Below are positions 16,295 through 29,681 of a stretch of DNA of 64,000 nucleotides, one piece after another. Numbering within the stretch: the first letter of the stretch is position 1; every line of letters begins with the position of its first letter. The stretch lies in NCBI GenBank assembly GCA_951406725.2, contig OX597823.1, positions 28,148,001-28,212,000 on the forward strand, given 5' to 3'. The stretch is from Octopus vulgaris. Taxonomy: Eukaryota. The notes under the pieces were generated by a model. That model was not told where the DNA came from and made no database searches. It was given only the letters and a program-made list of their open reading frames with translations. The position numbers and the translations under genes are program-made.

Positions 16295-16322
16295 TATTAT
16301 TATTATTATTATTATTATTATT

Positions 16323-16560
16323 GTCTTTGCACAGCGTCTAATGCTGGAGATATAGTACGGTGTCAGCTGTTCATTGCCAGTGAACTAAAGTAACACCCTC
16401 TATTTTTCGAGCACCATCTGGAGTATTCGAGCGCTTCTAAGTAGTGTTGTTTTCTGCAAGTGCTCTACCCTTATTGCAGTCCCTATTTTTTTCATGCACT
16501 TCTCAAGATTTTTACTCACTGTTCCCAGGTCTCCGACAATTATTGGTACTACTGCTCCTT
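16323..16560 (-). mobile_element. R4/Dong-like C-terminal fragment
   Basis: Minus strand VVPIIVGDLGTVSKNLEKCMKKIGTAIRVEHLQKTTLLRSARILQMVLEK*, then UTR and (TAA)n. Confidence 0.8.
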
Positions 16561-16569
16561 TTTTTCATC

Positions 16570-17170
16570 GACGTGTGATCTTATTCCTGGTGGGATTTAT
16601 GCGGGTTACGTGTTATTACCCGTAATCTTAGGTATCCACAATATATCAATAGCCTTTGAAGTGCTTAGAACTCACCTGATAATCATTCCTGTCCCTATGA
16701 GACAAACTTTCTGTAGAAGGTCAACCGAACATTCTTTCCCATTCTCCTTCAACCATTTGTCTATACCTTTGCTTACAGTTCCCTATGCACCATTTATTAT
16801 AAGTACAGCCTTTACATTTTTCATATTCCAAATTCTTGTAATTCAAAATTTTAAGGGATTGAATATTTTCGTCTTCTTTCTTTTTTCGATCCTAGAATCA
16901 AACGGACAGGATGGATCAATTAGCAGGCAACTTAGCTTTTCCTTGTCTATTATTGTTATATTCCGTTTGAATAGGAAATTCCCACAGAATCTTACAATTC
17001 TCCGACTCCAGCACTCTTTCGACCCGATGTTCATACCATGTGTTTCTAGCTTAAAATCCCTATTTCTGGCAAAGCTTCCGGTGTAAAACCTCTGCGACAT
17101 GGGAATGCCTCCATTTCTTATATTTTTCCTGTGCCAACTTGGGACACACTGCAACAATTTGTGGCACTAT
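16570..17170 (-). mobile_element. Degenerate R4/Dong-like endonuclease fragment
   Basis: Frameshifted WYEH, IIDKEKLSCLLIDPSCPFDSRI and LLQKVCLIGTG motifs. Confidence 0.7.
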
Positions 17171-17514
17171 CTCGTTCCAAGTTTCAGAGACTCTACATTT
17201 TTCTGACATATTCGTCCCACATACATCTTTCCTCAAGTTCTTTGTTTTTATCGTTTGATCTTGGGCTGCTACAATTAGGCTCTCTGCTTTTTTTAATTGC
17301 CCTGTTCTTTTTTAACCAAGTCCAAGATATTATTCTTCATACATCTTCAGATTCTCTCTGAAAATTGACTATGCAGAGATTTCCCTTCAATTTGCTCTCT
17401 TTGAATTTCATTCTTGTCCTTTTCCCCTATTCCACACTTGATCACCAGCTCCTTATTCCTACATGCAAGATATATTAGACTGTCGGAAAAGAAAAATTCC
17501 TAACATCTAAATAA

Positions 17515-18010
17515 CCTTAGATGCTAAAAACTCTCCTAAGTATTCTAGCTGTCCCTGCTTTCTGGAGCTGCTCTAAAATAGGTTTTATGTCTATCACCTT
17601 TATCTATCTGTTCAAATTTTTAGAGATAGTTCTTAATGCACATGTAACTACAGGGAAACATTTTGCCTGCACTTTCCATAGCCTCTCTAGCTCAATGGCC
17701 AGGTCTCGATTCCTCTCATATTGACTTTCTGTTCAGTTAGAATCGTAAAGTCAATTATCTGGCACTTTCTATTCTCTTTATCTATTAAATCAGACCTTCT
17801 AACCTCTATAACTCAGTCAGTCTGAATGTTAGAATCCCACAATATTTCATATTTCCTGCTGTCCGGCATTTTACTAGGTTCATGTTCATACCATTTATCA
17901 GTATGTTCAAATCCTAGCTTTCTACATAACTCCCAGTGGACTACTCTCCCTAGGTTATCAAGCCTTTTATTGTATTCTTTCTCTGCCAGAATGTAACAAC
18001 ATTCACTATG
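17515..18010 (-). mobile_element. Degenerate R4/Dong-like fragment
   Basis: Minus strand LAEKEYNKRLDNLGRVVHWELCRKLGFEHTDKWYEHEP...EILWDSNIQTD. Confidence 0.8.
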
Positions 18011-18895
18011 TATTTTATATTTATGTTTATTTACACATATTTATACAGAAGGCAGAGTGTGGCGCCTAGAATTGCCATTTGTTGAGATGTACGCAAAGGC
18101 CATCCATTTCCCCTAACCCGCCTTTCTTCCATGACTAACTCATATATAATCCGAATCCCCAAATGTATATAATCACTGTAATTGCGGACCATGTTTATTT
18201 GATTATAAACCAATGGAATATATATATTTATTATCAAAATTATATTAAGGTAATCAGCGATAGCAATAACAGATTTTCACGTTCTATCGTATCATTATTA
18301 TCTCTCAGTAAATGGCTCCAATATACCCTAATAGCAAAAATTACTGTTTATCAATAAACACTCGGTCCATACTTTAATAACCTCTCAATTTATCCATGAA
18401 TCTGTACATTCCGCTCTTAATTAGCTTCTCCCCTTTCATTTCTTATCTCATTTTTTCTTTCAACCTTTTTCTTCTTTTCAATTAATTCCATTTTTATTCG
18501 TTCATTCTATCACTATCGTTCTTCATATCCATCCATCCATCCATCCATCCATCCATCCATCCATCCATCCAACAGTTCCTCTATTGGTCCCTCTATTCAT
18601 CTTCCCATGTATCATGTGCTGCTGCTTTCGCTCGGTATATGTAAGTGTATATTCACTTCTACGGTATATATGTTACTTCCTTGCAGAACAAAAATATAAC
18701 ATTAATAATGTAGATTCACGGGTGAATGTGTTTAGATGGGTGAATGTGTTTGCACCCATATAAAGTGGTTATGCATCTCTATAGCGCAGTAGTGGGTGAG
18801 ATTATGTTTTATGCATACCGACCCTACATACATACACACGTACATACATACATACAGACACACAAACAGACAAATAGACAAACAAATAGACAGAC

Positions 18896-18974
<79 letters not shown>

Positions 18975-20719
18975 TACTTATGCATGTTAGAGAACACAAA
19001 AAGAGAAAACACTGCAAATACTTCGAAAACCTCTGTATCACTAATCGATTGTATCTGTAGGAGTCGGTTGGTTTCATCATTCTTGGAAAACCTCAGCAAC
19101 CCATGCTTTTATATAAATCTGTTGTCACATCGCTCAGTGGTTGTTCATCTGCGATAATAAGTATACATGAAAATCTATAGCCGGGTTACAAGAGCAGCAA
19201 ATTCTACAGTAGTTCTCCACAGATGTTACAATCCTTTACACCGTTATCTCTTCCGCACATTCACATATGTACGATGACTGACCTCTGTAAAAGTGCATGA
19301 TTCGATTTCTCCATCCTTTGAACAATCTATTGTATATGCTCACATTCATTTGATTTTATCACTGGAATGTTCCACCAGCATATTTCTATTCCTAATATGT
19401 GTGCATATATTGTGGTTTTAGTGTGCCATGAGGATAATTACCAGGGTAAACCTTCTTACACTTTAGCTTGTCAATATTTTTAGCAACAATCCCACGTCTC
19501 ACCGATCATGGTGTTCACACAGATGATGGTGTGAATAATGTTTTGACACAAGGTAATTCTTTTGAGTTACATCCTTCCTATTATTGTATCCTTCTAAGTG
19601 GGATGTGATATGCCTATCACAGGCCCAGGAAAGGATATTTATCCGGCTACGATTGCTGGTATATTTAGGGTACTCACCCACGAAACCTTTTCTGCTAATA
19701 TTTTGAATTTTTCTTCTCAAAATTACTGCTCAAGTACGTCTGTGAACATAGGCTCACTCACATGAACTTGATTTCAAAATATAACTTTCTACGTTATGTG
19801 CATATCTTATGTTTCCGTACTGCCATTATTGTATCGAATCGCCGACATGTGCTCAGAGCCCGCAGATTGCTTGGAGATACAAAGCGTGTTATAAAAAGCC
19901 TGCGTAGATATCAGTTTTCATAGCAAGAAACTATTACCAGTTAGTATCTTTGTAGTGTGTACATTTAGTTATATTCATCACCCCCTTTTAGAGAAAAGAT
20001 ATTTTATACTTACAAAAATGGCTGGATGCAGAGGCGACAACGTGGCGGTCATAAGAGTCATTAGATGCTATGAGGATAGGGGAAAACATACAAAAATGAT
20101 GATTTTCGTCATTTTTGGGCAAATTCTCTTGCAACCCGAAAGAAAATTTTAAGAGAACATGCATTTAATTTGACGACTGTATTTCATGTGTATAGTTCCA
20201 CTGATCGTGGGAATCAAATATCAATTGCAACGGTCAGAACCGACACTCTTAAGTGCAAGTGTTAAGAAAATACATATTACATATTTTAGCATACAAAGTT
20301 GCAACGTTTAGAATCGATAATTTTAAGTGCAGGTGTTAAAAATATACATGTTACAGCAATTTGACAACAATTTAGGCACAATTTAGGCCAAATTTCGTTA
20401 ATCAGTTAACCAAAAATCATATTACGCTTTACTTGATCCATCTCTATAACATTTCAACAAAACCTGTTAAAAGCCTTAAAAGTAATGGCAGAAAATAACA
20501 TTCATATGAGAATTTGCATTGAAATGTCCTATTGATTCTTGAAAGTCCGATGCTGATTATAAATTATCAATTTTCTTGAAATTTCAAGTGTGTAAGCACC
20601 CCTCCCCCCATGTGTCAAGGTTTCATCAAAATTGGTTAGATAGTCTTGGAGGAGTTAAAGTAACAAATGCACAAACACACAAACACAATCATAAACATAC
20701 AGAAATTGGCATTTATGTA

Positions 20720-20784
<65 letters not shown>

Positions 20785-20785
<1 letters not shown>

Positions 20786-20908
20786 CACGTGATCAAGTGA
20801 TCACGTGACCGACCAGGCTATCAGATGTTGTTACACATCGCTGGTCACAATGCACTTCGCATTGTTTTAGCCTTCGAATGACGCAACCCCGCTGGCTAAG
20901 TGAGCAGG

Positions 20909-20912
<4 letters not shown>
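20785..20912 (-). mobile_element. RTE-type 3' tail fragment inside (TA)n
   Basis: Shares tgtgaccagcg...ctggtcggtca.gtgatca with the RTE-like end at 41248-41384. Confidence 0.55.
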
Positions 20913-20960
<48 letters not shown>

Positions 20961-21206
20961 ATTATTACCTATGAGGTTTTTTTCCCATGCTAACCACTTG
21001 ATATGATCGGTATTTTAAATAACGATCTTATCCTTATATATATATATATATTTTTTTTTCTCTCCTTGTTTTTTCTGTGTCCCTTTCTGTAGAAGAAAGT
21101 AGGCTCGAAACGTAAAATACTTTTTCCTATTCCTGAGCGTTATACTAATACATCTGTTTGTTTTGTACACCACCTGTCATCGTCTTTTGTTTTTTTCGTA
21201 AGCTCT

Positions 21207-21360
<154 letters not shown>

Positions 21361-22087
21361 TAATAGAAATATTAAAATTACTAAGTCTCTCTAAAAGAGA
21401 TCACGGCAGCGTTCCTGGAAAATAATAGTTATCGCCATACTAATATGGCATTCTTATAAAAGTAAGAATAAAGATGTCCGCTTATTAGCTCCATGAGGCC
21501 ATCGCCTTAAGTTAGCTATTTGATACACAAACTGTATCCATATAACCTTCGAACAAGGGAGGTCAGTCGCTCCACACTACTTGACCGACAGCTACAGACG
21601 CGTTTCGGGGTATTGCCCCTTTTCAATGTAGCGTAGTCAGACCAGTAGGTGTCGCTTCCGACAATCTCTGTTCGAAGGTTTTATTTACCTAGCTTCGGTG
21701 GAATACATCCACTTGTTTACAATAATAGAAATATTAAAATTACTAAGTCTCTCTAAAAGAGATCACGGCAGCGTTCCTGGAAAATAATAGTTATCGCCAT
21801 ACTAATATGGCATTCTTATAAAAATAAGAATAAAGCTGTCCGCTTATTAGCTCCATGAGGCCATCGCTAACTTAAGGCGATGGCCTCATTGAAAAGGGGC
21901 AATACCCCGAAACGCGTCTGTAGCTGTCGGTCAAGTAGTGTGGAGCGACTGACCTCCCTTGTTCGAAGGTTATATGGATACAGTTTGTGTATCAAATAGC
22001 TAACTTAAGGCGATGGCCTCATGGAGCTAATAAGCGGACAGCTTTATTCTTATATTTATAAGAATGCCATATTAGTATAGCGATAAC

Positions 22088-22092
<5 letters not shown>
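21361..22092. mobile_element. Penelope/retrozyme-like element: 362-bp unit, partial tandem copy and inverted copy, between (TA)n arrays
   Basis: 21361-21506 is repeated at 21723-21867; 21887-22092 is the inverted copy of about 21423-21628; copies are nearly identical. Confidence 0.85.
21591..21632 (-). ncRNA. Minimal type-I hammerhead ribozyme, U3-A8 core variant
   Basis: GCTACA-TTGAAAA-GGGGcaataCCCC-GAAA-cgcg-TC-TGTAGC; perfect stems I and II, palindromic stem III. Confidence 0.75.
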
Positions 22093-22148
<56 letters not shown>

Positions 22149-22168
22149 GTTCGTTATGACATGTGATT

Positions 22169-22224
22169 TGTGCTGATGAATATGATTGAGGTATCTTTCA
22201 ACATATGAAACTATTAGCAGCACA
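22169..22224 (+). ncRNA. Imperfect hammerhead-like motif
   Basis: tgtg-CTGATGA-atatg...catat-GAAA-ctattag-cag-caca; the cleavage triplet is non-canonical. Confidence 0.4.
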
Positions 22225-22820
22225 TATAAATATGTATTGTGTCTATTAGATAATGGTTAGATAATGGATTCGCTGAGAAGCAATGAATTAGAGAAAACAA
22301 AGCGTAAATGTAGAGTATGTTTTAATACATCATAACTGAAAGGCTTACAGCTTTCCGAGCACTGTGTGTGTGTGTGTGTGCGTATGTATGTCTGTGTACG
22401 CTCGAGCACGTGTTAGGATGTATGTGTAATGCCGTGCAGCACAAATGATTTGTAAAATGAAAAGCGGTGTAGTATTATACAATATTACCGGGCTTCTTAT
22501 AGAAAGTAAAACCGATACAGAAAAAATCTGATACTATTCCCTTTAAATCATGGGAAAACGGTGTAGGATGAGTTCCGTTTAAAAATCTTTCATGAAATGG
22601 TATTTTATTGTATTTCCACTGCTTGTTTCTTTTTTATTCCTTGCTTGTAAAATATGTTATTGGAATATAATTCTATTCTCACATTGTTGTTTAATTGTGC
22701 CGATAGCTTGTTTGTTAAAGGAATATAAAACATACGTAGGTGGTGTGTGTGAATACGTTTTTGTTTCATTCTGCTGAAGTTGATAGAGAAATATTAGTCT
22801 AATACAAGGTTAGTATGTTT

Positions 22821-22875
<55 letters not shown>

Positions 22876-23060
22876 CTTAGATGTTATTCAAAATCATTTT
22901 ATAATTGTTACTCTAAATCAGATAATCTTTACTGTTTATGTGGAAGGAGAGCGTAAAACAACAGTGAGTATATAAATATTTATACAGCTACCCCTTTGCC
23001 AGTGCTGACGAAATTTCGCCAACCAATATAACGTGTGCGTTTTAGCATTGAACGTATTTA

Positions 23061-23106
<46 letters not shown>

Positions 23107-23376
23107 ATACAAAAGGAGGAATTTCGATTATCCCCACCTGGTGAGTTGTAATGCAATGATATATATAATAATAGAGATCGCCAATTACCTCCACTTAGAT
23201 TTTTCTATTTGTTGAATCATCCATTCATAAACTTCTCCACACACAACATAAACTAAAATCTTCTTAAGAAAATACGAAATTACAATAATTTCAATGTCCT
23301 GATTAGCGAAAGCGAAACTGGTCGACAAACACATTATGAAATATATTAAAACTATGTAAAGTGTGTACATTTTCCT

Positions 23377-23440
<64 letters not shown>

Positions 23441-23971
23441 AAATAGGGAAAGAGAAAGAGAGAACGATAAACTTACACTCATACCGAGACATACAGACAG
23501 ACTCGCACATATATTCATTTACACATACACACATACTGTGTTTTTAAACATCACGTCCATAACAGATATCATCTGTGTACGAATTCCGCAGAAAATTTGC
23601 TTTCCGTGATGTACTTGCATTAAATATAATACATAGTTATTTTACTTTTATATTGCTTCTGCTACCTATAACGAAAAATTATTCATAAAACAGGAACAAT
23701 CTTACAAAATTTGTGTAGAAAAAGGATCGAGTTCGATCGATATCAATATATAACTGATACTTATTTTAGTAATACGTGAAGGGCGGTGGAAGAAGCAAAA
23801 TCACTTCCGGAGCTATTTGAACTGAGGACTGAAAGAGATGTAAACAAAATACTACAAAGAATTTCGTCCAAAATCTGACGAGTTTATCATATGCAGCCCA
23901 TATGACAGAAAATACAATTTAGCAGACTAAGTTTCGTACACTATACTATACGTTTGGGACGGGGTATTATG

Positions 23972-24297
23972 TACATTATTTACATTGGACGGATAGGTGC
24001 CCTCATCTTGTTTGTTGTTATCACAACGTTTCAGCCTTCATCAAGTGGGTTCTAAGATCAATCACTCGGATTCTAAGTTCAATCCCAGGCAGGGACTTGA
24101 AAATATAACATCAACAGAAAAATAACATCAGCAACATAGCTTAGGAATGAGAACAGTGTAGCCCATTAGTCAAATAAAGAGTTGGGGATAGAAATTCTAC
24201 CAGAAGACCTGATGAAGTCTGGAGGTTACATCAACCGAAATGTTGTGATAGCAACAAAGAAGATTAGGACTTTTGTCCGTCCATTGTAAATAATGTA
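23972..24297. mobile_element. Fold-back element with long imperfect inverted arms carrying a CTGATGA...GAAA motif
   Basis: tacattatttacattggacgga pairs with tccgtccattgtaaataatgta; motif at 24209-24245. Confidence 0.7.
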
Positions 24298-26949
24298 AGT
24301 TTTGTATGCTGTATTGTATTCTAGTTTTCTCTGATGTTGTTTCTGTATAACGAAATATCTTGAAACTTTCTGAAGTGTGGTTCATTATTGTTCTTGTCGG
24401 TGGTGTCGATTCGAAGTGAACAAACCTTTGGTCAAAGATATTCTAAGTTGATCAAAGGTGATTTTATAAGGAGATATAGAACAAACTTATCCGGTATGTC
24501 GGTTCCCTTTTCAAGACAGCGGTATGTAGTTTGAAGATATAGCTACTATGTTTAGCAAAGAAAATGACTACGTATAGGCATCCTCGTCGTCTCGCTTCAT
24601 CTGTTTTTGGTGGTGTTGTTTAAACACCGGATCGCTTTGATAAAACGGGATTATTATCACTGGCGCTTCAGCTGCGACAACCCAGTATTTTTCAAATATA
24701 GTCTATCTACGATTACATTGTATCCTTTCTGAGTTTTAAGGAGGAGAAAGAAACAGACACATAAGAAATGCTGGAACGATACCATAGCAAAAGAACTTCT
24801 TGGTATCGTTATGTTATTACTCGCAAGTGAGTATGGCCACGTAAGATGTACCCACATTTTCGCTAATTATTTTAGATGATGAGATAGTTACGACCAGACA
24901 AAAACGCTCTTAACTCAACGGACATCTAGGTTGTGACAGCTGGAGAATCAGACAGCGGTTGAGTGGTCATTTTCAGCTGAGTAGACTTTGTGCAATATGG
25001 ACTGAAGTACTTTGCTCTACAAATCCTGAAACCATAATGGTTATCTGTATGATAATCTACACATTAGTACCACACGCCGAATATCGCTAATAATCCCAAT
25101 TTGGGCTGCATAGACTGGAGCATCAGATAATGAAATGTCTTGTTCAAGGACACAATCCAGTTATCGACCCCACAACCTTATGATCGCGAGTTCAATACCC
25201 TAGCTACTAGGCTACATGTTTTCATTGAATAGCCATGATACAGTCCTGCTATAAATCATTAAACCCCCTATACCTTACACATTAATGCCACAACTCACAC
25301 TGCCTGCTCTCCCTGATTCCGATATCTTGCACAAGCATATTTACGGCAGATTAACGATGACGTCACTAAGAATGGATTTTTCGGCAAGAAGGGAAAATAT
25401 ATCCGGTCTATAATTCAGGATGAGATTTCCCACATTTTATGTTGATGCACTGTGATTTGAGGGTGATTTGTTTGTTATTTCCAACAGGCCCAGCTACCAC
25501 GCTGTGGCTCTCTCGTTAGTTCATGTAACTAAAGTAGTTTGAATGGTGACATTGTTAGATTTCTTTAGCATTGTCGACCCATCTTTCTTTCAGACTGCGT
25601 TTCTCAGACAGCATTATTCAGTGTTTGGGTTGCCAGATAAATTTGTTCGTTTTTTTTTTCTTCTGTTAGGCATTCCATCATCATAAGCTAGAAAAGAGGT
25701 AAAATTTATTCAAATATCAAAAGTGTAGAGGAATTGAACAGAAACACATAAAAAGCAATAGTAGAATTTAAATAAAACATAAAACACTACGCTAAAAATA
25801 TATTTCTTCTTAAATCAAATATCACAGGAAAATGTTAAAATGAATGGAAAATACAAACGAGCGAATTTATCTGACAATCCAATTCCTTCATTTTAATCTG
25901 TCCGTAGGTAATTCGAGGGAAATTTAAGGTGGCGAGCTGGCAGAGTCGTTAACGATCCAGAAAAAATGCTTTGTGTCATGTCTTTCGACTTTACGTTTTG
26001 AGTTCAAATGCTATCGTGATCGACTTTGCCGTTCAGCTTTTCGGGGTCAATTAAATAAATATCAGGTGATCACTGGAGTCGATGTAATCGATTTACCCCC
26101 TCTCAGGAACTTGCTGGCTTTGTGACAAAATTTGAAACTAATTCGAGGGCAGTTTCGCTGTTATTTCTACCACGTATATTGTCACAGAAGTTTTCAGGTT
26201 GTCTCAGTGGAGAACATAGAATTATTGCTTGTAGTTTAGTATTTATTTGATGCTAAAGTGTAATACATTCTCAGTTCAGATAGATAATCTCTTGTGAGAG
26301 ATGGATTTCTTATTTAATATTTCATATAAATTTCCTGACTTGTCCGGGTGATATATATTTCTGATATATCTCGTGTTTTATCTATTTACTAGGTTCCTTT
26401 GATGTTCTATTCATGCATTTTCTGAAAGTCTATTTCCTCTGTCATTACCAATTCCATAACTTCTAGTCTGCCTTAAGATAAGTCTTTGTATTTTCCATTT
26501 CAATCGAAGAAACAATCTGTTATTTAAAATACCATTTTCGTCACGAAAGTGCTGCCGTCGTAGCTGTTCTAGTTTGATCAAACGCGCGACAATATAGAAG
26601 AATTTATATTTATATGGACATTCGATTTGCTAGAAAAGGCTGCCAGATCATCCCTTAAGATCGCAACCTGCGGCTATAAATAGGAAGGACATATTAGATA
26701 GTGGGGGTCCTAGATATACCAATTGAGAAAATATAGATGGAATGGTTACGGATGGAAGACGTTTAACCATAATTCGCAGAACAACAACAGCAGAAACGGT
26801 GTCAATGACAGCAGTAAGGCCAAGACCGACAGCAGCACCAACGTGAACGCTAGTAACAGGTAACGACGGCAATAAAAGCAAAAGCATAACGCTGAAAATT
26901 AACATTAGTAACTGCAACATCAACAGCAGCAACAATAGTAGCACCAGCA

Positions 26950-27198
26950 GAATCAACAACAACAACAACAACAACAACAACAAATAACAGCCTACAGTGA
27001 CAACAACAACAACAATAACGACAGCAGCAGCAACAGAAACAGCAGCAACAGCTGCAACTGCAACAATGGCAGCAGCAGCAACAACAACAGCAGCAACAGA
27101 AACAGCAGCAACAGCTGCAACAACAACAGCAGCAACAGAAACAGCAGCAACAGCTGCAACAACAACGGCAGCAACAGAAACAGCAGCAACAATGGCAG

Positions 27199-27230
<32 letters not shown>

Positions 27231-27505
27231 GAAACAGCAGCAACAATGGCAGCAGCAGCAGCAGCAACAACAACAACAGCAGCAGCAGCAACAGAAACAG
27301 CAGCAACAGCAGCAGCAGCAGCAACTACATCAGCAACAGCAACATCTGCAGCAACAACAACAGCAACAGTAGCATTAAGAGCAACAACAGGAACAACAAC
27401 AGCAGCAACAACAACAACAACAGTAGATCAGCAGGAACAACAGGAACAACAGGAACAACAACAACAACAACAACAACAACAGCAACATCAGCAGCAGCAA
27501 CAATT
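26950..27505. repeat. Degenerate CAG/CAA trinucleotide array with an approximately 39-bp higher-order unit
   Basis: Repeated gcagcaacagaaacagcagcaaca; translates as a Thr/Ala-rich frame. Confidence 0.9.
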
Positions 27506-27529
27506 AATGTGAAAAACAGAACAGAATTC

Positions 27530-27880
27530 CTCATCTCACATCGTATTATCGTGTGAGACGTTAAGGACTCTCAAGACACTGTTTACTGTTCATGATACAG
27601 CCACGTCTCAGAAAATCAAGATGGACGACGCCCTTGTCACCCTCACCAAACAGTCACCTTGACTTCCTGTGCTGTTCGTTAGCTCATGAACTTCTTAATA
27701 CTTACAGAAGATATACGACGCCATTTTATGGTTTAAGTTTTCGTTTCCGTATGAGACATGTACACGCACATTTCATCCCCTTTCACCATGACGAAAAAGA
27801 AAATCCAAGAATTAAGGGGTCTTCGTTGTTTTCAAGCATTTCCAGCACATAACATCAAACTTCCACCTTGTTCTTAAAGT
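27530..27880 (-). mobile_element. Decayed mariner transposase fragment
   Basis: Minus strand GDEMCVYMSHTETKT*TIKW and KGVVHLDFLRRGCIMNS resemble the mariner GDETW..PETK and KGVIHLDFL..G.TINS motifs. Confidence 0.6.
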
Positions 27881-27928
27881 ATTTAGTAACTTAGAAAATG
27901 GTATTTTTTACTGTTACTAATACTGTTA

Positions 27929-28397
27929 CTCGAAAGAGTCCAGAGGCTGGCTACCCGCATGGTTCATGGTCTCAAAAATTTGTCCTACGAAGAAAGGCTG
28001 AGGACGCTCGACCTTTATTCTCTTGAAAAACGCCGCCGCCGTGGTGATCTCATTCTCGCCCACAACATCATAAGCGGGAAGTGTAACCTCTCGAAAGAGC
28101 TGTTCTTCACTCCTGCTCCGGAGCGTCGGCTGCGGGGTCATTCCGAAAAGCTCTACCTGCGACGATTTCATCTCAATCGAAGGAGAGGAGCTTTCTCCGT
28201 CCGGGTTGCGGATCCGTGGAACAAGCTGCCAGACGAGATGGTGAAGATGCCGACGACCGCTTTGTTCAAAACCTCCCTGGACCTCAAGTGGCCTGAACTC
28301 TTTACATGAACACCACCCTGTACTTAACTCCATGTCCCCCTACATGGCCTTGCTATTTGCTTTTGAGCCAAATTAACTAACTAACTAACTAACTAAT
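27929..28397 (+). mobile_element. 5'-truncated CR1-clade LINE 3' end with (TAAC)n tail
   Basis: LERVQRLATRMVHGLKNLSYEERLRTLDLYSLEKRRRRGDLI...RGH...FSVRVADPWNKLP; stop at 28307-28309; GC-rich and uninterrupted. Confidence 0.92.
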
Positions 28398-28481
28398 TAC
28401 TTAGAAAAGGAATATTTGGTCCTAATTTAAATGGCGAAGGCTTAAAGGAAAAAGGAATTGTGCTGCACTTTTGATAAAGTA

Positions 28482-29047
28482 TTGGGTTATCTGGAAAGTC
28501 CGTGCCGATTTTTAAAGGCAAGAAAAAGGTCAATAAATACCTGCCACTCTATATCTAATCAACCAAATATGAACCATTTTGTTGCACAATGCCTCTCCAT
28601 CTTTTCTTTAACTTGAAAATACCCTCTTCCCAGAATTGAGTTGGTTTCATGGCAAAGAATTCATCAAGGTATCTTTTTACGTCATCCAAGGAATTGAAAT
28701 TTTTACCATTAAGACTATTCTGCAGAGACCTGAATAAGTGGAAATCCGAAGGAGCAATATCTGGTGAATATGGAGGGTGGGGTAACACATCCCAGCCGAG
28801 CTTCAGCAATTTTTGTCTAGTCCCTAAAACATCAAGTGCCGAAAATGAACTTTCTTATCTTCCATTTTAAAGGGTTACAGAATTAACACAGGTTATAGGA
28901 ACATAAATCTTCTTCCACGAAAAGATAGCTTAAACTGTGTTCTAAATGGAGGTGTAGTCAAATCCTATTTTATGGACTCAACCATGTTCTAAAATAAGTC
29001 GAAAGGTAAGCTACTATAAATCGGCACGAACTTTCCGGACAACCCAA
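28482..29047 (-). mobile_element. Internally deleted mariner element with TIRs and TA target duplication
   Basis: TIRs ttgggttatctggaaagtccgtgccgattt and aaatcggcacgaactttccggacaacccaa, flanked by TA; N-terminal MEDKKVHFRHLM joined to LGWDVLPHPPYSPDIAPSDFHLF... Confidence 0.95.
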
Positions 29048-29291
29048 TAGTAATTATAATTTATACATGTTGGTCTCAAATTTTGGCACAAGACCAGCAA
29101 TTTCAGGGAAGAGGAAAAGTCAGGTATATCGATCCCAGTGCACAGCTGGCACTTACTTTGTCGATTCCAATAAAGGCTGAAAGGCAAAGTCGACCTCAGT
29201 TCAAACTGAACTGAGAATGTAAAGACGGATGAAATATCGCAAAGCACTTTTTCCGGCATGCTAACTATTCTGCCAGCTCGTTGCCTTATAA

Positions 29292-29681
29292 TCTCTATAT
29301 ATAAAGCTGAAGTTGTCTGCGTGTGGCAGGTTTGGTAGCCTTCAACTAACACTATCTCCTCCGAGACCCTGCGGCACAAGTTGACCAAAATTGAAAGTAT
29401 AATAGAAGAAGGCTCGCTCTTTATTGCGTAGCAGATAAAATTCAAATCGGACCATGTTAAGACCAAAAATGTTTTACATCAAAAAGCTGCTTTTTTTCTA
29501 TAAAAATCCCTGTTTTTTACGATTGTTTGACTGCTGTTTCGCCATTTTTCGGTGTATTTCAACCAGAAAAATGTTCACTTAAAGAGAATAGCAAGCTACA
29601 TCATGCAAAATTTTTACTTTTCAAAAATTCCAATTTTAAAGGGTCGAAACAAACCCGAGCAACGCCGAACGATACTGCTAG
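29292..29681 (+). mobile_element. Non-autonomous Helitron
   Basis: a|TC 5' start, subterminal GC-rich ccgagcaacgccg hairpin remnant, CTAG|t 3' end, no TSD. Confidence 0.8.

Noticed and set aside
19080-19900. Possible Penelope GIY-YIG remnant (IIHTIICV...IGET on the minus strand)
   Set aside because: Too degenerate to support by eye
23185-23370. 61-aa ORF with signal-peptide-like start
   Set aside because: Hydrophobic ORFs are expected in AT-rich DNA; it starts beside a (TA)n tract; no recognisable homology
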